Shown piece by piece: positions 39,257-46,807 of a stretch of 61,470 bases of DNA. The stretch is from Chloroflexota bacterium (GTDB taxonomy: Bacteria > Chloroflexota > Limnocylindria > Limnocylindrales > CSP1-4). The position numbers and the translations under genes are program-made. Below the pieces are notes generated by a model that was not told the DNA's origin, did no database searches, and was given only the letters and a program-made list of their open reading frames with translations. The stretch spans positions 1-61,470 of the forward strand of contig JANMPD010000239.1 in NCBI GenBank assembly GCA_031369685.1, written 5' to 3'. Positions within the stretch are counted from its first letter, which is position 1. Each line of letters opens with the position of its first letter.

Positions 39257-39798
39257 GTGACGACGACGCCGCGCCGCGGCGGGACGACAACGCCGCGGCG
39301 CGGCGGGACGACGACTCTGCGGCGCGGCACATCGACGACTCCGTGCTGCGGCGGGACGATGACTCCGCGCCGTTGCGTGTCCTCGTGCTATGTATCGGAA
39401 ACAGCTGCCGAAGCCAGATGGCAGAGGCGTTCCTGGCTCGGGCGGGCGGTTCGCGGGTGAAGGTCGAGTCCGCCGGCACACGCCCCTCGGTCGTCAATCC
39501 GATGACCATTCGAGTCCTCGCAGAGCGCGGGATCGACTGGTCCGTGGCGCACTCGAAGTCGATGCTCGAATTTCTCGATCAGCCGTTCGACCGTGTGATC
39601 ACCGTCTGCGATGAGGCCGCCGAAGCGTGCCCGGTCTTTCCCGGCTCCGGCACCCGCATCCACGCTGGCTTCGAGGATCCGGCAACCGTTGTGGGTTCCG
39701 AGTCGGTCCGCCTCGACGCGTTCCGTCGTATTCGCGACGAGATCGAGGCATGGGCCGACGACTTCGTCAGGCTCGAGCTGCGGGGCTCCCAGGACTGA
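39253..39798 (+). CDS. arsC: Arsenate reductase, LMW-PTP / thioredoxin-coupled type, with repetitive N-terminal extension
   Basis: The ATG overlaps the sixA stop (ATGA). CX5R loop 'CIGNSCRSQMAE', Cys pair 'VCDEAAEACP' and 'HAGFEDPA'. Confidence 0.8.
   Translation: MSDDDAAPRRDDNAAARRDDDSAARHIDDSVLRRDDDSAPLRVLVLCIGNSCRSQMAEAFLARAGGSRVKVESAGTRPSVVNPMTIRVLAERGIDWSVAHSKSMLEFLDQPFDRVITVCDEAAEACPVFPGSGTRIHAGFEDPATVVGSESVRLDAFRRIRDEIEAWADDFVRLELRGSQD
39259..39378 (+). repeat. In-frame 24-nt tandem repeat x5 encoding DDxxAxRR octads at the ArsC N-terminus
   Basis: The peptide units are DDDAAPRR/DDNAAARR/DDDSAARH/IDDSVLRR/DDDSAPLR. Confidence 0.85.
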
Positions 39799-40129
39799 GC
39801 GGGGCGGCGGGCCTTGAACGAGGGATGAGGTCACCGGCCGGGATGAAGTCGCCGGGCACGAGTTCGCGCGCCATCGCTGCGAGTCGACCGATCGCCGCCG
39901 GCGCCAGGCGGTAGTAGACCTGCGATCCGCGCCGCTCGGAACTGACGACGCCGGCCTCGCGAAGGACCTTGAGGTGATGCGAGACGGTGGGCTGGGAGAC
40001 GTCGCACGAATCCGTGAAGTCGCACGCACAGATACCGTCGCAGTCCGCGAGCTGGCGAACGATGGTCAGCCGGACGGGATCCGCAAGGGCGCTCAGGAGC
40101 AGGATGTCGGGGTCGAGTTGCCGTTTCAT
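39767..40129 (-). CDS. arsR: ArsR/SmtB-family metalloregulator
   Basis: 'ICACDFTDSCDVSQPTVSHHLKVLREAGVV' combines the metal-binding CxC with a wHTH. The start is at 'MKRQLD' (ATG 40129). The 3' end overlaps the arsC 3' end. Confidence 0.8.
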   Translation of the reverse strand: MKRQLDPDILLLSALADPVRLTIVRQLADCDGICACDFTDSCDVSQPTVSHHLKVLREAGVVSSERRGSQVYYRLAPAAIGRLAAMARELVPGDFIPAGDLIPRSRPAAPLSPGSPAARA

Positions 40130-40166
40130 GGGCGCCAGTCTAATCGACAGGATTCGATATTGACAA

Positions 40167-40193
40167 CCATCGATATATGGCCCATATTGATGG
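40167..40193. promoter_or_regulatory. Candidate ArsR operator (10-7-10 inverted repeat)
   Basis: CCATCGATAT-atggccc-ATATTGATGG, with 9/10 arm complementarity. It sits in the AT-richer divergent arsR/arsM intergenic region, 38 nt from the arsR ATG. Confidence 0.45.
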
Positions 40194-40244
40194 CCGTCGA
40201 TACGCGGGGTGCGAAGGTCGCACCCGGAAAATGGAGAAAACTCG

Positions 40245-40472
40245 ATGTTCCACCTGACATCACCGGCCTGGCTGGTCGGTACCAACAGTCGAGGCGAGGA
40301 TCGCGATCGAATGGATCACGTCGCCCTGCACGAGGCGCGCATGGCCACGGACTTTCGGCAGCACCAGGCCGAGGACGCGGCCCTGGCTCGCTCACAGGAG
40401 CGGCGCCAGGTTCGGTTCCCGGCGTTGAGCCAGTCCGGGAATCTTCCTGACCTCGCCGCCTGCTGCGCGTAA
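40245..40472 (+). CDS. Candidate 75-aa small protein ending in vicinal cysteines (...DLAACCA)
   Basis: ATG lies 7 nt after GGAGA. Third-position GC is high throughout. The ORF lies between the arsR operator-like repeat and arsM. No homology is recognised, so this is speculative. Confidence 0.3.
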   Translation: MFHLTSPAWLVGTNSRGEDRDRMDHVALHEARMATDFRQHQAEDAALARSQERRQVRFPALSQSGNLPDLAACCA

Positions 40473-40503
40473 CCTGAATCCCCATCCACCGGGAGCTTGC
40501 ACG

Positions 40504-41409
40504 ATGACGACGCATATCGACCTGTCGTCCGAGGCCACCAATGTGGCCGACATTCACGAAGCAGTCAGGTCTCGCTATGCCGATGCGGCCCGCACTGCCG
40601 CCGGGTCGGGTGGGGCGGCTTCGGAGGCGCTCGAATCCTGCTGCACCGATGACGGCCGCATCGTATTCGGATCGCTCCTGTATGCGCCGGACGAACGAGC
40701 CGCGCTGCCCGACGCGGCGATTCTCGCGTCGCTCGGCTGTGGCAATCCGACGGCCGTGGCCGAGCTCAGGGCCGGCGAGACGGTCCTCGATCTCGGATCC
40801 GGGGGCGGGATCGACGTCCTCCTGTCGGCGCGGAGGGTCGGCCCGACCGGCCGGGCCATCGGCGTCGACATGACCGACGAAATGCTCGACCTTGCTCGCA
40901 GCAATGCCGCGCAGGCCGGGATTGCCAATGTGGAGTTCCTGAAGGGCACCATCGAAGCCCTGCCACTCGCCGACGCCAGCGTCGATGTCGTGATCAGCAA
41001 CTGCGTGGTCAATCTGGCAGCCGACAAGGGTGCTGTCCTGTCGGAGATCGCCCGCGTCCTGCGCCCCGGCGGACGCATGGGCATCAGCGACGTCGTGGCC
41101 GAGGATCGCCTGTCGCCGTCCGAACGTGCCGAGCGGGGCAACTTCGTTGGCTGCATTGCGGGAGCGCTGTCGACATCCGAGTTTCGCGAGGGCCTGCGGG
41201 CCGCTGGCCTCATCGACGTGGACCTTCAGCCGACTCACGCCGTCGCGGATGGGCTCCACGCGATGATCATTCGGGCTCGGAAGCCGCTCGACTGGGTTGC
41301 CGCCGACGTGGCCGGGCTTCGGACGGTACTTCCCTCCCCGAACGCCACCCGGGAGCTCGCCATGGTCGACGCCGACGGCTGCGCCTGCGGGAGCGGCGCC
41401 TGCTGCTGA
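40504..41409 (+). CDS. arsM: Arsenite S-adenosylmethionine methyltransferase
   Basis: SAM motif 'VLDLGSGGGIDV'. All cysteine motifs typical of ArsM are present: 'ESCC', 'LGCGNP', 'ISNCVVNL' and 'VGCIAGAL'. There is also a Cys-rich C-terminus, 'CACGSGACC'. Confidence 0.85.
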   Translation: MTTHIDLSSEATNVADIHEAVRSRYADAARTAAGSGGAASEALESCCTDDGRIVFGSLLYAPDERAALPDAAILASLGCGNPTAVAELRAGETVLDLGSGGGIDVLLSARRVGPTGRAIGVDMTDEMLDLARSNAAQAGIANVEFLKGTIEALPLADASVDVVISNCVVNLAADKGAVLSEIARVLRPGGRMGISDVVAEDRLSPSERAERGNFVGCIAGALSTSEFREGLRAAGLIDVDLQPTHAVADGLHAMIIRARKPLDWVAADVAGLRTVLPSPNATRELAMVDADGCACGSGACC

Positions 41410-41414
41410 GCCAG

Positions 41415-42122
41415 TCAGCCCGGCTCGGGCCAGCCATCCAGGGCGGCCGCTTCGACGCACAGCGCCACGACGCCTAGTCGCTCGAGACGGTCTGCGGTGG
41501 GCCGTCGACGGATCGTCCACGCCGCAACCTCGAGGCCCGCGGCGGAAGCCCAAGCCATCGCCTTCGGGTTGATCGCCCGCCAATTTACGGAAATCCCGCG
41601 ACAGCCAAGCTCAACCGCGGCGCGAGTCGTGGTTGCCGTCAAGTCGTAGGCATTCAACCAGCGCGACCAACGGGGTCGGATCTGACCGACCCACGCCAGG
41701 GTGGCGATCTCGAATGACGACACGACCGTACGCTCCATCGACGGCCCACGGGCTCCTTCGATGACCTCGATCACCGCCGGAACTCGTTCGCCCTTCAGCT
41801 CGATGTCGAGGAACGGTCCGGGACCAGCGGCCTCGAGGACCTCGGCGAGCGTCGGGATTCCACTGGCCGCCAGCTCCCCGATTGTCAATGCCTCGGGTCG
41901 CTCCGGACGCCCTTGCACGCGCTGCAGCGTGGCGTCGTGGAGCACGATCGGCATGCCCTCGCGCGATCCGCGGATGTCGAACTCGAGGCCGTCGCAGGCG
42001 TGATTGGCCAGCGCAGCACGCATCGCCTGGAGCGAATTCTCGGGTCCGGCACGCCAGTCTCCCCGATGCGCCAGGCGAAGGGCACGACGGCCGCCCGGGG
42101 GTGTTTCCGGTCCAGACGTCAT
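41415..42122 (-). CDS. Glycerophosphodiester phosphodiesterase family protein
   Basis: 'LAHRGDWRAGPENSLQAM' and 'LEFDIRGSREGMPIVLHD'. The ATG at 42122 overlaps the upstream stop (ATGA). Confidence 0.8.
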   Translation of the reverse strand: MTSGPETPPGGRRALRLAHRGDWRAGPENSLQAMRAALANHACDGLEFDIRGSREGMPIVLHDATLQRVQGRPERPEALTIGELAASGIPTLAEVLEAAGPGPFLDIELKGERVPAVIEVIEGARGPSMERTVVSSFEIATLAWVGQIRPRWSRWLNAYDLTATTTRAAVELGCRGISVNWRAINPKAMAWASAAGLEVAAWTIRRRPTADRLERLGVVALCVEAAALDGWPEPG

Positions 42123-42868
42123 GCACCCACCCGGATCCGGGCCACGAGGCCGAAGTGGTCCGACGGATAGAGCGTCCGATCCCCCACCGCGGGCCGATCC
42201 CACGCGAGCCGGCTCGTCTCGGCATGGAGCTCGCCGCTCAGCCAGATGTAGTCGAGGCAACCGGGATCGCCATCGACATCCATGCCCGGCGCCTTGATCC
42301 CCGACGGCCATGTGACATCCGGCTCCGTGCCGTTCGCCTCGTGATACGCCGACCGGAACCCGGCGTCCACCATGACCCGGTACGTGGCCTCGACCGGTTC
42401 GGCGTTGAAATCGCCGACGACGATCGTGCCCCCGGGAGCTGGTCGCTCGGCCAGCCAGGCGACGAGTGCCCGGGCCTGACCCTCACGCCCCGATTCATCG
42501 GCCGGAATGTGATGGAGGTGGGTCACGACGAACGCCACTTCGGATCCGCCGGCCATGACGATCGGAACGCGGAGCGCCGAACGGTTCATGCCCAGGTCGA
42601 GCCGCTCCGGCGACGCTGCCTGGAGCGGTGACCGCACGAGGATGCTGTTGCCGTATTCGGGACGACCGGCCCAGCCCCGCTCGATCTGATAGCTGCCCGC
42701 GCCGGCCGCGCCGAGCACTCGATCCTGCCCGACGGCGAACACGCATTCCTGAAGCCCGAGGAGGTCGGGCTGGATCGACGCCATGTCCTGGAGAAGGAGC
42801 GGCAGGCGCTCCGGCCATCGATCGGCGATGTTCCGGAGGTTCAGGGTGGCGACATCGAACGATGGCAT
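42119..42868 (-). CDS. Endonuclease/exonuclease/phosphatase (EEP) family protein
   Basis: 'VATLNLRN', 'VGDFNAEP' and 'PSDHFGLVARI'. The start codon immediately abuts the kinase stop codon. Confidence 0.8.
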   Translation of the reverse strand: MPSFDVATLNLRNIADRWPERLPLLLQDMASIQPDLLGLQECVFAVGQDRVLGAAGAGSYQIERGWAGRPEYGNSILVRSPLQAASPERLDLGMNRSALRVPIVMAGGSEVAFVVTHLHHIPADESGREGQARALVAWLAERPAPGGTIVVGDFNAEPVEATYRVMVDAGFRSAYHEANGTEPDVTWPSGIKAPGMDVDGDPGCLDYIWLSGELHAETSRLAWDRPAVGDRTLYPSDHFGLVARIRVGA

Positions 42869-44164
42869 TCAGGCTCCTCGCGAGGGATCGGCCGTTCGGG
42901 TACCGGCGATCGGCAGCGTGATGGTGAACGTGGCGCCCTCATGTTCCACCGATTCGACCACGATGCGCCCGCCGTGGCCTTCGATCACGTGGCGCGCGAT
43001 CGCGAGCCCGAGGCCCGTGCCGCCGCCCGACGCCCTGGACCGGTCCGCCTTATAGAAGCGTTCGAAGATCCGTGGCAGATCCGCGGCGGCAATACCCATC
43101 CCGTGGTCCTCGACGCGGGCCTGCAACTCGTCACCGACGCGGTGCACGCTCACCATGACCGACGTCTGGGGAGGACTGAACTTGACGGCGTTGTGAATCA
43201 GGTTGGCAAAGACCTGTCCGAGCTGTGACGCCTCACCGCTCACGAACGGCAGGTCGGGTGCGACCGTGGTCTCGAGCTGAACGTGCTGCCGTTCCGCGAA
43301 CGGTCGCAGGCGTTCAACGGTGTCCTCCGCGACCCGACCCAAGTCGACGTCATCGAGGTGCAGCTGGCGCCCGCCGCTCTCGATTCGCGCCAGGTCGAGG
43401 AGCTCGGTGATCATCTGGCCGACCGTGGCGGTCTCAGCCTCGAGCTTTCCGATCCGGTCCGCCATCCGGGCCGGGATTGCATCGCCCGCAGCCTCGGCGT
43501 CTCTGGCCAGGGTCTCCGCGAGCAGCCCGATCGTGGTGATCGGGGTACGCAATTCGTGGGACAGGTTGTCGATGAACTCGGCCCGGATCCGCTGGAGCCT
43601 CCGGAGTTCGGCGACATCCTCGAGAACCAGCCAGATCCCGAGAATCGGTGACCGCCGGGCGCGGATCACGAGTGCCGGACCATCGGGGTCCCGGAGGGCC
43701 ACCTCGCCGGCGGCCGCGCCTCGTTCGGCGGCCTCGCGTGCGATCGCCTCGATCCGGTGGTCGCCGATCGCCTCGATCGCCGTCCGCCCGAGCATCGATC
43801 CGGCAGCACGCTGCAGAAAGACATGCGCAGCCGTGTTGGCCACCTCCACCCGGAGGTCGTCGGTGAGTCGGACGATCCCGACGCCGATGAGATCAGCCAG
43901 GTAGGCGAGATCCACGAGGCGTTGATCGAGCGCAAATTCCGCGACCGTAGCCCGTCGGCGGAGACGGGCCGCTCGGTCGACGATTGTTTCTCCGGCATGG
44001 TCGGCGCCGCCGGACTGTGCGTCGTCGGCGAGTTGATCGGCAAGGGCATCGAGCGTTCGGCCCCTTGAGAGGGCGATAGCCACGGCCACGGTGATGAAAA
44101 CCGCCTCCAGGCCGATGAATCCGATGACGATCCAGTCCACGGCCAGAGCATCGCACAGCAACAT
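42869..44164 (-). CDS. Sensor histidine kinase (SenX3/PhoR-like: TM, PAS-like, HisKA, HATPase)
   Basis: H-box 'SHELRTPITTI', N-box 'NLIHNAVKFS' and G2 'GGTGLGLAIARH'. The start is at 'MLLCDALAV' (ATG 44164). Confidence 0.85.
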   Translation of the reverse strand: MLLCDALAVDWIVIGFIGLEAVFITVAVAIALSRGRTLDALADQLADDAQSGGADHAGETIVDRAARLRRRATVAEFALDQRLVDLAYLADLIGVGIVRLTDDLRVEVANTAAHVFLQRAAGSMLGRTAIEAIGDHRIEAIAREAAERGAAAGEVALRDPDGPALVIRARRSPILGIWLVLEDVAELRRLQRIRAEFIDNLSHELRTPITTIGLLAETLARDAEAAGDAIPARMADRIGKLEAETATVGQMITELLDLARIESGGRQLHLDDVDLGRVAEDTVERLRPFAERQHVQLETTVAPDLPFVSGEASQLGQVFANLIHNAVKFSPPQTSVMVSVHRVGDELQARVEDHGMGIAAADLPRIFERFYKADRSRASGGGTGLGLAIARHVIEGHGGRIVVESVEHEGATFTITLPIAGTRTADPSRGA

Positions 44165-44172
44165 CAACACCC

Positions 44173-44886
44173 GTGACTCAACCCGGCGAGGGCGCGGTAC
44201 TCTGTAGCGGTGCCGCGGACAATGTGCCGGTCCGCGACGCTGCCGCACCATCGGCCGAGGAGACCGCGTTGCGCCTGCGACTGATCCCCCGTGAAGAACG
44301 ATTCTTCGACCTGTTTGCCGAGGATGCCTCAAACGTCCTGGGTGCCGCTCGCCTGCTCGAAGCGATGCTTCGGTCTTACGACGTCCTCGAGCGTCGCGCC
44401 GGTGAGATCCGCGACGCCGAGCATCGTGGCGACGAGCTCAGTCACGAGATCGGGCATCGGCTCGAGGCGACGTTTGTCACCCCGTTCGATCGCGAAGAGA
44501 TCCACGCGCTGATCAGCGGACTCGACGACGTCCTCGATTTCATCGAGGAAGTCTCCGACACCTTCGTCCTGTACCGGATCGACGCGCCGACGCCGACGGC
44601 GATCCAGCAGGCCTCGATCATCGTCCGCCAGTGCGAACAGCTCCACGAGGCATTGACCCGTCTCCGTGGGTTCCGCGGTCTGGAGAAGTACTGGATCGAG
44701 GTTCATCGGCTGGAGAACGAAGGGGACCAGCTGGTCCGCCAGGCGATCGCCGACCTCTTCTCGGATGGCGGCGATCCCCTCGAAGTCATCAAGTGGAAAG
44801 AGGTCTACGCACTGCTCGAGAACACGATCGACAAATGCGAGGACGTGGCCAACATCATCGAACGGATCACGATCAAGCACGCCTGA
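44173..44886 (+). CDS. DUF47 / PhoU-like phosphate transport regulator family protein
   Basis: 'LIPREERFFDLFAEDASNV...' and 'IKWKEVYALLENTIDKCEDVAN'. The true start may be TTG 44269 ('LRLRLIPRE'). Confidence 0.8.
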   Translation: MTQPGEGAVLCSGAADNVPVRDAAAPSAEETALRLRLIPREERFFDLFAEDASNVLGAARLLEAMLRSYDVLERRAGEIRDAEHRGDELSHEIGHRLEATFVTPFDREEIHALISGLDDVLDFIEEVSDTFVLYRIDAPTPTAIQQASIIVRQCEQLHEALTRLRGFRGLEKYWIEVHRLENEGDQLVRQAIADLFSDGGDPLEVIKWKEVYALLENTIDKCEDVANIIERITIKHA

Positions 44887-44899
44887 TCGGAACGTATCC

Positions 44900-45754
44900 T
44901 CAGCCGCGAAGCCGGCCAGGCAGCGACTCGCCGGTTGCCGCCTTGCGAGCCCGGACCAGCACACTCTTCGCGATCCGGCCGTGCCGCTCCGGAGGGACCA
45001 GCGCCCGGAGGAGGTCGAGGACGTCCCCACTGAAGAGCGGGTAGAGCGCGCACTCCTCGATCCCGAAGTTGCCCAGCGGCTCGATCGCCACGTCGCGGAA
45101 ACCCGCCCGACGCAGACCCTTGTACAAGGCGACCTCCGAGAGGGCGCCGGAGAGGCAGCCCGCCCAGGCTGCGGGGTGGGTGACAATCTCCGGCGGCAGG
45201 TCGTGCTCGAGGACGAGATCGACGATCACGAGGCGCCCGCCCGGTCGAAGGACCCGAAAGGCCTCGGCAAACACCCGGACCTTGCGCGGCGACAGGTTCG
45301 GCACGCCGTTGCTGACGACAAGGTCGATCGACCCGTCCGAGAGCGGGAGCGCCTCGATCTCGGCCTGCACGAACCGGACGTTGGTCGCCCCGACCGCGGT
45401 CGCCGCCTCCCTTGCCCGATTGATCATCTCGGGAAGGAAGTCGATCCCGATCACCTCGCCCGTCGGGCCGACGCGCCGCGCCGCGAGCAGGCAGTCGATC
45501 CCGCCGCCTGAGCCGAGGTCGAGAACGCGCTCGCCCGGCTGCACATCCGCATACCGGACCGGATCGCCGACGCCGAGGGCGATCCGGACCGTCTCTTCGG
45601 GCAGCCCGACGAGGTCGCCGGGGTCGTAGAACCGTTCGGCGACCCGGCGATCGGTTGGTTGGACAGCCTGGTACGTCTCGCGGACGGCCGCCCGAATGGC
45701 GTCCTGCTGGAGAAAGTCGGACCCGTCCACGTGCCCTGCGAGGACCTCAGTCAT
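44900..45754 (-). CDS. ArsM-family class I SAM methyltransferase lacking most As(III)-binding cysteines
   Basis: 'VLDLGSGGGIDCLLAARRVGPTG' resembles arsM closely, but the ArsM Cys positions read 'LGVGDP' and 'VSNGVPNL', and only 'AGCLSGAL' is kept. The ATG overlaps the anti-sigma 3' end by 8 nt. Confidence 0.8.
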   Translation of the reverse strand: MTEVLAGHVDGSDFLQQDAIRAAVRETYQAVQPTDRRVAERFYDPGDLVGLPEETVRIALGVGDPVRYADVQPGERVLDLGSGGGIDCLLAARRVGPTGEVIGIDFLPEMINRAREAATAVGATNVRFVQAEIEALPLSDGSIDLVVSNGVPNLSPRKVRVFAEAFRVLRPGGRLVIVDLVLEHDLPPEIVTHPAAWAGCLSGALSEVALYKGLRRAGFRDVAIEPLGNFGIEECALYPLFSGDVLDLLRALVPPERHGRIAKSVLVRARKAATGESLPGRLRG

Positions 45755-45995
45755 CGGTCGGGCTCTCCGGCGGGCCTATTCCGAGGAGATGCTCGACGCG
45801 GCTGCGGAGTTCTTCGGGCATCACCGGTGTAGTCGTCGCCGCAACAAGACCGCGCAGCTCGCGAGAGAACTCGAGTTCACCGCAACAGCGCTTGCACACG
45901 CTCAGGTGCACTTCGAGCTCGGAGGTTGGGGCGGGCTCGAGCGCAGCGCCCAGGTAGGCCCACATCCGCCGGACGGCTTCAGGACAATCGATCAT
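45747..45995 (-). CDS. Zinc-binding anti-sigma factor (ZAS, RsrA/RshA-like)
   Basis: 82 aa with an N-terminal Cys ('MIDCPEAV') and HxxxCxxC motif 'HLSVCKRCC'. The ATG overlaps the sigma stop (ATGA). Confidence 0.75.
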   Translation of the reverse strand: MIDCPEAVRRMWAYLGAALEPAPTSELEVHLSVCKRCCGELEFSRELRGLVAATTTPVMPEELRSRVEHLLGIGPPESPTDD

Positions 45996-46738
45996 GGTTC
46001 CTCACTCACAGTCACCAGGTGGCGACGAACCGCGTACTCCCAGAGCCCACGTTCCAGTTGCTTCCGGCCGCGATGGAGTCGCGACAGGAGCGTGCCGAGT
46101 GGAATCTCCAGGATCCCGGCCGCCTCCTTGCAGCTGAATCCGTGGATGGTCGTCAGCAGGATCGGCCCACAGAAGGCCGGCGTCATCGTCGTGAAGACGG
46201 CCTGGATGTCCTCGTCCTCGAATAGTCGGAGGAAGTCGAGGTGCAGGGCGTCCGAGTACGGAAAGGGGTCCTCGATCGCGATCGTCGCGAAGAGTGAGAA
46301 CTCATCGGCGTCGCTCGCGTCAAGCGGTACGGTCCCGGGTTCGCGACCGCGGGCCCTCCATCGGTCGCGCGCGCAGTTCGTCGCCACGGTGAACAGCCAC
46401 GTCTTCACCGCAGCCTGGTCACGCAGCCCGTCGTAGGCGCGCATTGCTCGAATCAGCGTGTCCTGGAGGAGGTCTTCCGCATCCATGCGATCGCCGCTCA
46501 GATGGACGCAATACCCGTACAGGCGATCGAGGTTGTTACGGGCAACGTCAGCGAACGGCCGCCGCGCGGTGGTGCTCGTGATACCAGCGGCGCCCGTGGT
46601 CTGGTTCGTGCCTTCCGCAGCGTCGATCATCAGCGTCGACAGTTCCTCGATCACGTCGAACGGCCCGGACAGCGCGTCATCCAAGGGTAGACGATGCGCC
46701 GGCCCAGAATATTCCCGATCTTCGATGGGAATATCCAC
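45992..46738 (-). CDS. ECF-type sigma-70 family factor (SigR/SigH-like), possibly two N-terminal isoforms
   Basis: Region 2 'DLLQDTLIRAMRAY...WLFTVATNCARDRWR' and region 4 'CKEAAGILEIPLGTLLSRLHRGRKQL'. An alternative start is ATG 46630 ('MIDAAEG'). Confidence 0.8.
   Translation of the reverse strand: MDIPIEDREYSGPAHRLPLDDALSGPFDVIEELSTLMIDAAEGTNQTTGAAGITSTTARRPFADVARNNLDRLYGYCVHLSGDRMDAEDLLQDTLIRAMRAYDGLRDQAAVKTWLFTVATNCARDRWRARGREPGTVPLDASDADEFSLFATIAIEDPFPYSDALHLDFLRLFEDEDIQAVFTTMTPAFCGPILLTTIHGFSCKEAAGILEIPLGTLLSRLHRGRKQLERGLWEYAVRRHLVTVSEEP
46690..46715 (-). promoter_or_regulatory. SigR/SigH-type promoter-like element (GGAAT-N18-GTC) facing the sigma gene
   Basis: The minus strand reads GGGAAT-attctgggccggcgcatc-GTC. 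It lies inside the long sigma ORF, 60 nt upstream of the internal ATG at 46630. Confidence 0.4.
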
Positions 46739-46753
46739 TCAACCGCCGGCGTC
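46728..46753 (+). promoter_or_regulatory. SigR/SigH-type promoter-like element (GGAAT-N18-GTC) facing the OsmC gene
   Basis: The plus strand reads GGGAAT-atccactcaaccgccggc-GTC, and ends 54 nt upstream of the OsmC ATG at 46808. Confidence 0.4.
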
Positions 46754-46807
46754 CCTTCCCCCGATGAGGCCACATGGCGTGGCTTCGACGTCCCGGAGGT
46801 TTCAGCC

